Positions 18,800 to 27,470 of a stretch of DNA of 32,000 nt are shown here, piece after piece. A program made the translations under genes and the position numbers. Under the pieces are notes generated by a model, which did no database searches, was not told the DNA's origin, and was given only the letters and a program-made list of their open reading frames with translations. How positions within the stretch are numbered: position 1 is the first letter of the stretch; every line of letters begins with the position of its first letter. The stretch is from Halomicrobium mukohataei DSM 12286 (GTDB lineage: Archaea; Halobacteriota; Halobacteria; Halobacteriales; Haloarculaceae), in assembly GCF_000023965.1 (NCBI RefSeq), contig NC_013202.1, positions 2,430,001 to 2,462,000 on the forward strand, in the 5' to 3' direction.

Positions 18800-19371
18800 A
18801 ACCGCGCCGCCCGCCGCGCCAGTTCGATGTTGCCGTACGGGTCGTCCGTGACGCTGGGACCGTGGCCGGCGTGCATCTCGGCGAGGTCTTCGTCGACGAG
18901 ATCGAGGACGCGGTCGATGCTCTCGACGAGCAGCGATCGGTCTCCCTCTTCGAGGTCCGTCCGACCGAAGCTGCCGTTGGCAAACACCAGATCACCGGCG
19001 AAGAGCACGCCCGCCTCGGCCGCGTAGAGACAGAGGTGATCGTTCTTGTGACCCGGCGTGTGCAGTGCCACGTACTCCTCGTCGCCGATCTGTCGGGTCG
19101 TCTCGTCGGCGATCGCCCGGTCGACGCCGTCGAAGCCGCCGTCGTAGCCACAGACCGGCGCGTCGAACGCCTCCCGTACCGCGTCGAGGGTGCCGACGTG
19201 GTCGCGGTGGGTGTGTGTCAGGACGACCTGATCGATCTCGTCGACGACCGCTCGCACCTCGGAGACCACGTCGAAGTCGTTGCCCACGTCGACCAGCGTC
19301 GTCGTCTCGCCCTCGACGAGAAAGACGTTGCTGGTAAAGACCCCGCTCGACGGTGCAAGGTTTCGGATCAT
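18796..19371 (-). CDS. MBL-fold metallo-hydrolase
   Basis: ATG 19371 (MIRNLAPSSG...). Motifs THTHRDHVG and HTPGH..DH. The ORF-track N-terminal extension is not protein-like. Confidence 0.85.
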   Translation of the reverse strand: MIRNLAPSSGVFTSNVFLVEGETTTLVDVGNDFDVVSEVRAVVDEIDQVVLTHTHRDHVGTLDAVREAFDAPVCGYDGGFDGVDRAIADETTRQIGDEEYVALHTPGHKNDHLCLYAAEAGVLFAGDLVFANGSFGRTDLEEGDRSLLVESIDRVLDLVDEDLAEMHAGHGPSVTDDPYGNIELARRAARF

Positions 19372-19573
19372 ACGCTCGACGTCGAGCCCGACGGGTTTGT
19401 GTGTGCTGGTCTGTCTCTCGGGAGGGCGCTGTTCCGAGAAGCGAGGGTGCGATCGGGACGCGGGACGAGCGCCGCGTAGTGAGGGGCGAACTGACGTACT
19501 GGCCGCTGATTCGGCGCGCTGACAGACCCACAGGGCTATGTATGATGAAAAAGTAACCACGTGTAGAGAATAG

Positions 19574-20158
19574 ATGTCTGAATCGGATCGCCCCGTCGTG
19601 CTCATCGTCGAGGACGAACCGGACGTCGCGGAAACATACAAGCTATGGCTCCGAAACGACTACGAAGTCCGGATGGCCCACGACGGTGACGAAGGGCTCG
19701 ACTTACTCGACGACAGCGTCGATGTCGTGTTACTCGACCGTATGATGCCGGGACTCTCGGGTGACGAGGTACTGGAGCGTATCCGGGAACGCGATCTCGG
19801 CTGTCGCGTCTCGATGGTGACGGCGGTCGAACCGGACTTCGACATTCTGGAGATGGGGTTCGACGCGTATCTCTCGAAGCCGATCCGGAGCGAACAGCTC
19901 CACGAGACCGTGGAGAACCTGCTCGAACGCTCCGAGTACGATACTCTCCTGCAGGAGTACTACTCGCTGGTCGAGAAGCAAGCGACGCTCGAAGCGAGCA
20001 AGAGCAGCGCGGAGCTGGAAGAGAGCGACGAATACGATGAACTTAAGGCAGAGATCGGAGAACTAAAATCCGAACTCTCGGAATCACTCGGTGGCATCGG
20101 CGACGACGCCGACTTTATCGCAACGTTGCGTGGGCTCAGTAATGGTGAAGACGAATAA
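19574..20158 (+). CDS. Response regulator: receiver domain plus C-terminal HalX coiled-coil domain
   Basis: VLIVEDEPDV...VVLLDRMMPGLSG...YLSKP receiver signature, then a helical EYDTLLQEYYSLVEKQATLEA...ELKAEIGELKSEL tail. Confidence 0.85.
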   Translation: MSESDRPVVLIVEDEPDVAETYKLWLRNDYEVRMAHDGDEGLDLLDDSVDVVLLDRMMPGLSGDEVLERIRERDLGCRVSMVTAVEPDFDILEMGFDAYLSKPIRSEQLHETVENLLERSEYDTLLQEYYSLVEKQATLEASKSSAELEESDEYDELKAEIGELKSELSESLGGIGDDADFIATLRGLSNGEDE

Positions 20159-20171
20159 ACTGTCAGAGAAT

Positions 20172-20828
20172 ATGTACGACCTGTCAACCGTACTCGACTT
20201 CGATGCGCTGGACTCGGTTCGCCCGGGGACGAGCCTACTCGTCGCGGGACCCGCGATGAGTGGCAAAGAGGCCCTCGCGATGGATGTACTCAAAGATGGG
20301 GTCGGTAACGGCGAGGGGGCGGTCGTCGTGACGACGAACGATCGGGCGAGCTCGGTCGTCGACGAGTTTCGAACGGACGTACCGGAGATGGACGACTCCC
20401 AGCTCGGAGTCGTCGACTGCCGCGGCGACAACAGCGGGGGTGAAGCCCCACAGAGCGGCGCGTACACCCATCACGTGAACTCGCCGGGCGACCTGACCGG
20501 CATCGGTATCGGCATCACGAAAGCACTGGAGGGGCTCCACAAGAGCGGGCGCGACCAGGGACGGCTCGCGCTGGTCTCCCTGTCGACGATGCTGACGTAC
20601 ACGGACAAGAAAACCGTGTTCAAGCTCTGTCACATCCTCTCGTCGCGACTGGACTCGGCGGGCTACGTCGGCGTGTTCACGATCGACTCCGGCGCACACG
20701 ACGATCAGACCCTCCAGGTCATCAAGCAGGCGTTCGACGGCCTCATCGAGTTCCGCGAGGAGGACGGCACCCGTCAGGCCCGCGTCATGGGCCTCACGAG
20801 CCAGCCCTCCGAGTGGAAAGAACTCTGA
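20172..20828 (+). CDS. KaiC/RecA-superfamily ATPase-like protein (alternative start ATG 20142 overlaps the response regulator gene)
   Basis: GTSLLVAGPAMSGKEALAMDVL is P-loop-like. The single-domain KaiC/GvpD-like size and layout fit. Confidence 0.7.
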   Translation: MYDLSTVLDFDALDSVRPGTSLLVAGPAMSGKEALAMDVLKDGVGNGEGAVVVTTNDRASSVVDEFRTDVPEMDDSQLGVVDCRGDNSGGEAPQSGAYTHHVNSPGDLTGIGIGITKALEGLHKSGRDQGRLALVSLSTMLTYTDKKTVFKLCHILSSRLDSAGYVGVFTIDSGAHDDQTLQVIKQAFDGLIEFREEDGTRQARVMGLTSQPSEWKEL

Positions 20829-20932
20829 TTTCGCGGCCGTCCGATTCGTACGGAGAGCAGAGAGCGGACTGACAGCCGGCAGCGCGAGCGGTGGCCCGGT
20901 GCTTTAATCGGGATCCGGTCGAAGAATCCGAT

Positions 20933-23900
20933 ATGGGAACACGACACGATCGGGGTGGGCCGGACCCGGCTACCGACGATCGGGCGGACTACGACTACGA
21001 GGGGGGTTCCGTCGAGCGCCCCGCGTTCGTCGCCGCCCTCGAAGACCGCATCGACGGGACGGTCCGGTTCGACGAGTACACGCGACAGTTGTACGCGACC
21101 GACGCGAGCGCCTACGAGGTGACGCCGATCGGCGTCGTCTATCCGACCTCGACGGCCGACGTGGCAGCGGTCGTCGACTACTGCGCCGAGCGGGGAACGC
21201 CGGTCCTGCCGCGAGGCGGGGGGACGAGCCTCGCGGGACAGGCGGTCAACGAGGCGGTCGTCGTCGACTGCTCGCGCCACATGGACGCGATCGAGTCGGT
21301 CGATCCGGCGGGACACACGGCACGCGCACAGGTCGGGGTCACCCTCGGGGCGTTGAACGACAGGCTCGCCGACCACGGCCTGAAGTTCGCCCCCGACCCG
21401 GCGTGGGGCGACAAGAGCGTCCTCGGTGGCGCGATCGGCAACAACTCCACGGGCGCACACTCCCTGAAGTACGGCAAGACCGACGCGTACATCGAGGACT
21501 GCGAGGTCGTCCTCGCGGACGGGACCGTGACGACGTTCGGCGAGGTCACGCTCGACGAACTGCGATCGCGGGCCGACCGGGACGGGCTCGAAGGCCAGAT
21601 ATACGCGGCGATCGCCCGGCTCGTCGACGACGAGCGCGAGGCGGTCACCGCGGCGTTTCCCGACCTCAAGCGAAACGTCTCCGGCTACAATCTCGATCGA
21701 CTCCTCTCGGAGGCCGAAGACGGGTCGGTCAACGTCGCGCGGCTGCTCGCGGGCAGCGAGGGGACCCTGGCCATCGTGACCGAGGCGACGGTCTCGCTCG
21801 AACCCCTCCCGGAAACGAAGTCGCTGGCGCTGCTCTCCTATCACGACCTCATCGACGCGATGGCCGACGTGCCGGCGATCCTCGAACACGATCCCGCGGC
21901 GGTCGAAGTCCTCGACGACGTGTTGCTGGAGCTGGCCGCCGACACCGAGGAGTTCGGCGACCTGGTCGACCAGCTCCTCCCGGCGGACACCGGCGCGGTG
22001 CTGCTCGTCGAGTTCTACGCCGAGAACGACCCGCAGGGCAAACAGCGGGTCGCGGACCTCCTCGCGGATCGGGTCGGGAACGTCGGTACCGACGCCGTCG
22101 CACAGAGCGGGGCCGACTCTCTGACCGACGCGCCGCGGGAGGCGTTTCACGGCCAGGAGGCCCACGAGGAGAGCGAGCGAAAGCGATTCTGGAAGCTCCG
22201 CAAGAGCGGGCTCCCGATCCTCCTCGGGCGGACCTCGGACGCGAAACACATCAGCTTCATCGAGGACACCGCCGTCCCGCCCGAGAACCTCGCGGACTAC
22301 GTCGCCGAGTTCCAGGAGTTGCTGGCCGACAACGACACGTTCGCGAGCTTCTACGCTCACGCTGGACCGGGCTGTCTCCACATCCGACCCCTGGTGAACA
22401 CGAAGACCGTCGAGGGGGTCGAGCAGATGGCAGCTATCGCGGACGGCGCGACCGACCTCGTCACGACCTACGGCGGCAGCGTCTCGGGCGAGCACGGCGA
22501 CGGGCGTGCGCGCACCCAGTGGAACCGAAAGCTGTACGGACAGGACGTGTGGGAGGTGTTCCGAGAGCTGAAAGCGGCCTTCGATCCGGACTGGCTGTTG
22601 AACCCCGGACAGGTGTGTGGCTACGCCGCCGACGAGGCGATTCCAGAGGGCGTCCCCGCGCGGGCCCGCGCCGTCGACATGACCGACGACCTGCGGTTCG
22701 ATCCCGACTACGAGTTCGAGATGGCGTTCGAGCCGGCCATGGAGTGGGACAACGAGAACGGGTTCCAGGGGATGGTCGAGCTCTGTCACGGCTGTGGGGG
22801 CTGTCGCGGCCCACAGGAGACGACCGGCGGCGTCATGTGTCCGACCTACCGGGCCGCGGGCGAGGAGTCGACCGCGACGAGGGGGCGAGCCAACGCCCTC
22901 CGCCAGGCGATGAGCGGCGACCTGCCGGCAGATCCGACGGACGAGGCGTTCGTCGACGAGATCATGGACCTCTGTATCGGCTGCAAGGGATGTGCGAAAG
23001 ACTGCCCGAGCGAGGTCGACATGGCCAAGCTCAAGACCGAAGTCGAACACGCACATCATCAGGAACACGGCGCGAGCCTCCGGTCGAAGCTGTTCGCACA
23101 CGTCGAGACCCTCAGCGCCTGGGGGAGTCGTCTCGCACCGCTGTCGAACTGGCTGGCCGGGGCACCGGGCAGTGACAGACTGGCCGAGCGCCTGGTCGGG
23201 ATCGCCAGCGAGCGATCGCTCCCGACGTTCAAACGCGAGTCCTTCGAGGACTGGTTCGCCCAGCGCGGCCCCGCCGTCGACCCGGAGGACGCACAGCGCC
23301 GGGCGCTGCTGGTCCCCGACACGTACAACAACTACAGCAACCCCGACGTGCTCCGTGCCGCCGTCCGCGTCCTCGAAGCCGCCGACGTACACGTCGCCGT
23401 CCCGGACGACGCGACCAGCAGCGGCCGCGCCGCCCACTCGAAGGGCTTCGTCGACGTGGCTCGCGAACGCGCACGGACGAACGTCGACGCGCTGGACGGC
23501 CGCGTGGCCGACGGGTGGGACGTGGTCCTCGTCGAGCCGTCCGACGCCGTGATGTTCCAGTCGGACTACCGTGACCTCCTGGGCTCGGACGCCGCGCCCG
23601 TCGCCGACAACGCGTACGGCCTCTGTGAGTACCTCGATCGGTTCCGCCTCGACGAGCGCGTCGACTGGACGGGCGGCGAGGAGACGCTGACCTACCACGG
23701 CCACTGCCACCAGAAGGCCGTCTCGCGGGACCACCACGCCGTCGGCGTCCTCAGGCGGGCGGGCTACGCCGTCGACCCGCTGGATTCGGGCTGCTGTGGG
23801 ATGGCCGGCAGCTTCGGCTACGAGGCCGAACACTACTCGATGAGCCAGGCGATCGGACGGATTCTCTTCGACCAGATCGCGGACAGCGACGGCGACGCCG

Positions 23901-24004
23901 TCGTCGCACCGGGGGCGTCCTGTCGCACGCAGCTCGGTGATCGACGGGGCCACGAATCTCCGTCACATCCCGTCGAACGGCTCGCAGACGCGCTCGCTGA
24001 CTGA
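20933..24004 (+). CDS. FAD-linked oxidase fused to a 4Fe-4S/CCG-domain Fe-S subunit (GlcD-GlcF-like; D-lactate/glycolate dehydrogenase family)
   Basis: ATG 20933, with a TATA-like GCTTTAATC about 25 nt upstream. N-terminal FAD_binding_4 region (PRGGGTSLAGQAV). Central ferredoxin motifs CHGCGGCRG and CIGCKGCAKDCP. C-terminal Cys-rich CCG motif (DSGCCGMAGSFGY). Confidence 0.85.
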   Translation: MGTRHDRGGPDPATDDRADYDYEGGSVERPAFVAALEDRIDGTVRFDEYTRQLYATDASAYEVTPIGVVYPTSTADVAAVVDYCAERGTPVLPRGGGTSLAGQAVNEAVVVDCSRHMDAIESVDPAGHTARAQVGVTLGALNDRLADHGLKFAPDPAWGDKSVLGGAIGNNSTGAHSLKYGKTDAYIEDCEVVLADGTVTTFGEVTLDELRSRADRDGLEGQIYAAIARLVDDEREAVTAAFPDLKRNVSGYNLDRLLSEAEDGSVNVARLLAGSEGTLAIVTEATVSLEPLPETKSLALLSYHDLIDAMADVPAILEHDPAAVEVLDDVLLELAADTEEFGDLVDQLLPADTGAVLLVEFYAENDPQGKQRVADLLADRVGNVGTDAVAQSGADSLTDAPREAFHGQEAHEESERKRFWKLRKSGLPILLGRTSDAKHISFIEDTAVPPENLADYVAEFQELLADNDTFASFYAHAGPGCLHIRPLVNTKTVEGVEQMAAIADGATDLVTTYGGSVSGEHGDGRARTQWNRKLYGQDVWEVFRELKAAFDPDWLLNPGQVCGYAADEAIPEGVPARARAVDMTDDLRFDPDYEFEMAFEPAMEWDNENGFQGMVELCHGCGGCRGPQETTGGVMCPTYRAAGEESTATRGRANALRQAMSGDLPADPTDEAFVDEIMDLCIGCKGCAKDCPSEVDMAKLKTEVEHAHHQEHGASLRSKLFAHVETLSAWGSRLAPLSNWLAGAPGSDRLAERLVGIASERSLPTFKRESFEDWFAQRGPAVDPEDAQRRALLVPDTYNNYSNPDVLRAAVRVLEAADVHVAVPDDATSSGRAAHSKGFVDVARERARTNVDALDGRVADGWDVVLVEPSDAVMFQSDYRDLLGSDAAPVADNAYGLCEYLDRFRLDERVDWTGGEETLTYHGHCHQKAVSRDHHAVGVLRRAGYAVDPLDSGCCGMAGSFGYEAEHYSMSQAIGRILFDQIADSDGDAVVAPGASCRTQLGDRRGHESPSHPVERLADALAD

Positions 24005-24136
24005 CGGGCCGCCCTTCTGTGGCTGGTCTCGCCGTCGCGGGGTGACGAATCCCTTCACGAAGGGGTTCTCCCGTACGAGATCGGGATCGACCCCATCCTC
24101 GTCGAATCGAGGGGGACCGTTCGGCGCAACACAGCG

Positions 24137-24144
24137 TTTTTATT
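24137..24144 (+). promoter_or_regulatory. TATA box for the membrane wHTH gene
   Basis: TTTTTATT ends 25 nt upstream of ATG 24169. Confidence 0.45.
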
Positions 24145-24168
24145 CTGTCCTCAGGTGGTATATGACAG

Positions 24169-25338
24169 ATGAATCGTCAGGTCCTCCTCGGGTGTCTGCT
24201 CGTGGCCGCGGTCGTGAGCGGGGCCACCGTCACGACCGCCCAGGAGACGGGGTCGAGCGGCCTGTTGGCCCAGCCCGACGGGTTCGACCAGACGACGTTC
24301 GAGATCACGGTCACCGAGAACGGTTCTGCGCGCTGGTCGATCCAGCACCACCGTCGGTTGACCAACGACTCCGAGAAACGGCAGTTTCGGGACTTCGCCG
24401 AGCGCTTCGAGACCGAGGAGACGGACCTGTACCGGAACTTCGTCAGTCGCTCCGAGGCGCTGACTGCGATCGGCCGCAACGCCACCGGACGCCCGATGGC
24501 GGCGAAGTCGTTCGACCGCGACGCCTACACGAACGTCACGGCGAGTTTCGACGCCCGCGGGACGATCGAACTGGCGTTCACCTGGACGCACTTCGCCCGG
24601 ACCGACGGGGAGCGGGTCGTCGTCGGCGACGTGTTCGGCGAGAACTTCTACATCGGGCCGGACCAGTCGATCGTGTTCGTCAGCGGTGAGGGGCTCCAGT
24701 TCGCCGCTGTCGAGCCCGAACCGACCTCACAGACCCAGCCCGACTCGCTGACACGGAGCCAGAGTGTCACCTGGGAAGGCGAACAGCAGTTCGCACAGCA
24801 GCGGCCGTACCTCGAACTCGAACCGCGTTCGACCGCGACGACCCCCGCTGGCGGTTCTGGTGCGGAGAGCGACACGCAGAGCCCGCAGTCGACGACGGCC
24901 CCACTCCCGAGCGGGACCGACAACCCGATGGTCTGGATCGTCGGAGCCGTCATCCTGGTGCTCGGCGTCGGCAGCGCGATCGCGTACCGAAACGGTTCGG
25001 TCTCGCTGCCCGGCGAAACCGCGAGCACCGCCAGCGACACCGACACCGCCTCGGAGACAGCCGGTTCGGCGACGGACAGCCAGACGCCGATCCCCGACGA
25101 GGAACTGCTCTCGGACAGCGACCGCGTCGTCAAGCTCCTCGAATCGAACGGCGGTCGCATGAAGCAGGTCAACATCGTCGAGGAGACCGAGTGGTCGAAG
25201 TCCAAAGTCAGCATGCTCCTCTCGGACATGGAGGAGGACGGCGAGATCAGCAAGCTCCGCGTCGGCCGCGAGAACATCATCAGTCTCGCCGGTCACGAAC
25301 CCGACGCCGCCGGCTCGCCGTTCGACGACGAGGAGTGA
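24169..25338 (+). CDS. Membrane-anchored protein: signal peptide, extracellular domain, one TM, cytoplasmic winged-helix domain
   Basis: N-terminal signal (LLGCLLVAAVVSGATVTTAQE), a roughly 200-aa soluble domain, a T/S/P linker, TM segment MVWIVGAVILVLGVGSAIAY, and a C-terminal wHTH-like DSDRVVKLLESNGGRMKQVNIVEETEWSKSKVSMLLSDMEEDGEISKLRVGRENII. Confidence 0.7.
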   Translation: MNRQVLLGCLLVAAVVSGATVTTAQETGSSGLLAQPDGFDQTTFEITVTENGSARWSIQHHRRLTNDSEKRQFRDFAERFETEETDLYRNFVSRSEALTAIGRNATGRPMAAKSFDRDAYTNVTASFDARGTIELAFTWTHFARTDGERVVVGDVFGENFYIGPDQSIVFVSGEGLQFAAVEPEPTSQTQPDSLTRSQSVTWEGEQQFAQQRPYLELEPRSTATTPAGGSGAESDTQSPQSTTAPLPSGTDNPMVWIVGAVILVLGVGSAIAYRNGSVSLPGETASTASDTDTASETAGSATDSQTPIPDEELLSDSDRVVKLLESNGGRMKQVNIVEETEWSKSKVSMLLSDMEEDGEISKLRVGRENIISLAGHEPDAAGSPFDDEE

Positions 25339-25396
25339 CTCCGAAGCGGCCTGTTTGCATGCGTAACCCACACAGGGCGGTGCTAAAACGCAACCA

Positions 25397-25401
25397 TTAT
25401 A
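25397..25401 (+). promoter_or_regulatory. TATA element upstream of tRNA-Glu
   Basis: CCATTATACG lies about 27-30 nt upstream of tRNA position 1. Confidence 0.4.
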
Positions 25402-25427
25402 CGTATCTCCCCGATACGTTCAGGTGC

Positions 25428-25502
25428 GCTCCGTTGGTGTAGTCCGGCCAATCATCTTGCCCTCTCACGGCAAGGACCAGGGTTCGAATCCCTGACGGAG
25501 CA
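25428..25502 (+). tRNA. tRNA-Glu (anticodon CUC)
   Basis: Hand-folded cloverleaf: acceptor GCTCCGT/ACGGAGC plus discriminator A, anticodon stem TTGCC/GGCAA, loop CT-CTC-AC, T arm CAGGG-TTCGAAT-CCCTG. CCA is not encoded. Confidence 0.9.
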
Positions 25503-25503
25503 T
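25469..25503 (+). repeat. attL: 35-bp direct repeat (3' half of tRNA-Glu)
   Basis: GGCAAGGACCAGGGTTCGAATCCCTGACGGAGCAT is identical to 31004-31038. Confidence 0.85.
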
Positions 25504-25722
25504 CCTCGTCCTCCTCCCGTCTTGCAGTTTTCGTCCGTGAACAAGAGTGAAAACCAATCATGTTCACGGGCAATCCGATAAGATGGACCGAACAAAACGG
25601 CCGCCGTCTTGCGATTAGCGATATAGCGGCGGCAAGCGGATACGATGGACTCAACCCCACGCCGTCTTGCGATTGGGCGAAACGGGTGAGCAAGCAACCG
25701 GGTTCCCCCAAAGGAGGAGGCA

Positions 25723-26636
25723 ATGAACAAATTCGACGAGGCAACGACCCCTCTCGAAGGGGTTACAGTCGTCCCCGAACCGTCCGAAGAACTCCTGAAC
25801 GAACGCCAGCAGATCGACTATCGCAACCAGCGAGAGCAATGCTTAGAATGGCTGCTCGTGTTCGGAAAACACCCGAAGAAAGGCGACGGGCACGCCCACA
25901 CGACGGTGAAGTGTCGGAGTCACCGCATGGATCAGTTCTACCGATGGGTGTGGGACCGCCAAGACGGGTACACGACGAGCGTCACCCACGGCCACGCCGA
26001 CGCGTACCTTCGCTACCTCGCTAAAGAGGACTACAGTAACGCCCACCGAGACAACTGTAAGAAAGCCCTGCAAATGCTGTACAAGTGGCGAGAACACGGG
26101 TTAGACGAGTGGGATCCAGAGTTGTCCTTTAGCACGGGGCACAAGACGACGACACCGCGCGACTACTTGACCCGCGAAGAACGTGGTCTGATTCGAGAAG
26201 CCGCGCTCGAACACAGCAGCATCCCGGCGTACAAAGGGCTCGACGTTGAGGAGCGCAACCGATGGAAAGCCTACCTCGCGCAGCGTCTCGAAAACCGAAA
26301 TCCGAGGTGAAGCCAGAGGATTGGGACAAGGCAAACAGCTGGAAGATCCCGATTCTCGTCTCTGTCAGCCTGGACGCTGCACTTCGCCCGATCGAGGTCG
26401 AGCGAGCACGCACTGGATGGGTCGACATCGAGAACGCGGTACTACGCATTCCGAAGGAGGACTCATCGAAGAACACTGATCACTGGATCGTCGGGCTTCA
26501 GGATCGAACTGCAGAGATCCTCGAACGGTGGCTTGAGCAACGCAAGACCGAACCGAAGTACGACGACACGCTCGGAACAATCGAAGACGTACTTACCCAT
26601 CTCCAGGACGCTGGGTACGACCCGGACCCCGAATAG
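25723..26636 (+). pseudogene. Tyrosine recombinase (phage-type integrase), frameshifted and 3'-truncated
   Basis: Two overlapping frames (25723..26310 and 26262..26636) join as ...KAYLAQRLE/KPKSEVKPEDWDK... if one A is added to the A4 run at 26291-26294. The SAM-like N-domain and the first catalytic-Arg region (LRPIEVERAR) are present, but the His-Arg-Tyr catalytic part is missing. Confidence 0.75.
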
Positions 26637-26777
26637 TCACACGCTTCAATCCCTGATGCCGGCCTCGATGCGGAGTAGTTGACTATCATCCGCGTCGGTC
26701 GTTGGACAGCGTCGTGTATGAGTGGATAGGTCTTTTAGTTATAAACTTTAAGTTAATAGGAGGCGTACTACTTTGGT

Positions 26778-27470
26778 ATGAAAAGTAGCTCGAATACATC
26801 GGTCAACGATGGATCGAAGATACTATTCGACATCCCGGCTCGAAACTCGGATTTGTTCCGAAGCCAGGCAGCCCACGATGTCCTTTCTTTTTTGTCCCGA
26901 TACCACTCTGAGGAGTTCACGATCACCGAGCTGACCGACACCGTCGACTATTCACAGCCCACTATCTCGAAAGCCGTCGATATTCTCGCAGCAAATGACC
27001 TCGTCAAAGACGAGCGAGACGGCACGAAACGCTCGGTCCATATCAACCGTGGCCGACTATCCCGTCCGGATGACCCATTCCTGGACATCCCGCAAGCAGA
27101 GTTCCACGAACCAGTTCGTGCCGCTGTTGCTGAATTGCGAACTCAACTCGACGGTGTCCTCGGGATCGTGTTGTACGGAAGTGTCGCTCGTGGTGAGGCT
27201 GACCGACGGAGTGACATTGACCTGTGGGTGCTCGTCGAAGATGACCGGATAGAGCAGCAACGCTTGGCGAATCGTGTCCGGCAAAACTTGGAAGACCGAG
27301 AATTCGATACCGGTCGATACGCCTACGAAATCGATATCGAAGCACTCCCTGCCATACCGAATTACACTGAAGAAATTCAGACCATCCTCACCGACGGGCT
27401 CGTCCTCTACGACACGGAAAAGTTCGATACCGTTCTGCAAATGATCTTCCACGGTGATCTCGATGAGTAA
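26778..27470 (+). CDS. wHTH-fused minimal nucleotidyltransferase (MNT/MntA-like)
   Basis: N-terminal wHTH (FTITELTDTVDYSQPTISKAVDILAANDLVKDERDGTKRSVHIN). Pol-beta NTase motif LYGSVARGEADRRSDIDLWV. Confidence 0.8.
   Translation: MKSSSNTSVNDGSKILFDIPARNSDLFRSQAAHDVLSFLSRYHSEEFTITELTDTVDYSQPTISKAVDILAANDLVKDERDGTKRSVHINRGRLSRPDDPFLDIPQAEFHEPVRAAVAELRTQLDGVLGIVLYGSVARGEADRRSDIDLWVLVEDDRIEQQRLANRVRQNLEDREFDTGRYAYEIDIEALPAIPNYTEEIQTILTDGLVLYDTEKFDTVLQMIFHGDLDE

Noticed and set aside
20774-23953. 1059-aa minus-strand ORF, the longest in the window, plus similar long antisense or out-of-frame ORFs (e.g. 2889..3785-, 3580..4497-, 5077..6213-, 6131..7333-, 7375..8520-, 10035..10847-, 11986..13473+, 4714..5166+, 9648..10229+)
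   Set aside because: They overlap well-supported genes carrying clear catalytic motifs on the other strand or frame. Their products are Arg/Gly/Pro/Val-rich and basic, unlike the acidic proteome here. Long stop-free shadow frames are expected in very GC-rich DNA.
25452-26024. ORFs 25452..25730(-) and 25560..26024(+) next to the tRNA
   Set aside because: The first runs through the tRNA gene. The second overlaps the integrase frame out of phase and is Arg/Pro-rich. Neither has supporting motifs.
26262-26310. Programmed -1 ribosomal frameshift joining the two integrase frames
   Set aside because: The overlap (CTCGAAAACCGAAA) lacks a canonical X-XXY-YYZ slippery heptamer. The downstream frame is also truncated before the catalytic residues, so read-through would not yield a functional enzyme. 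A 1-nt deletion in an A-run is the simpler explanation.
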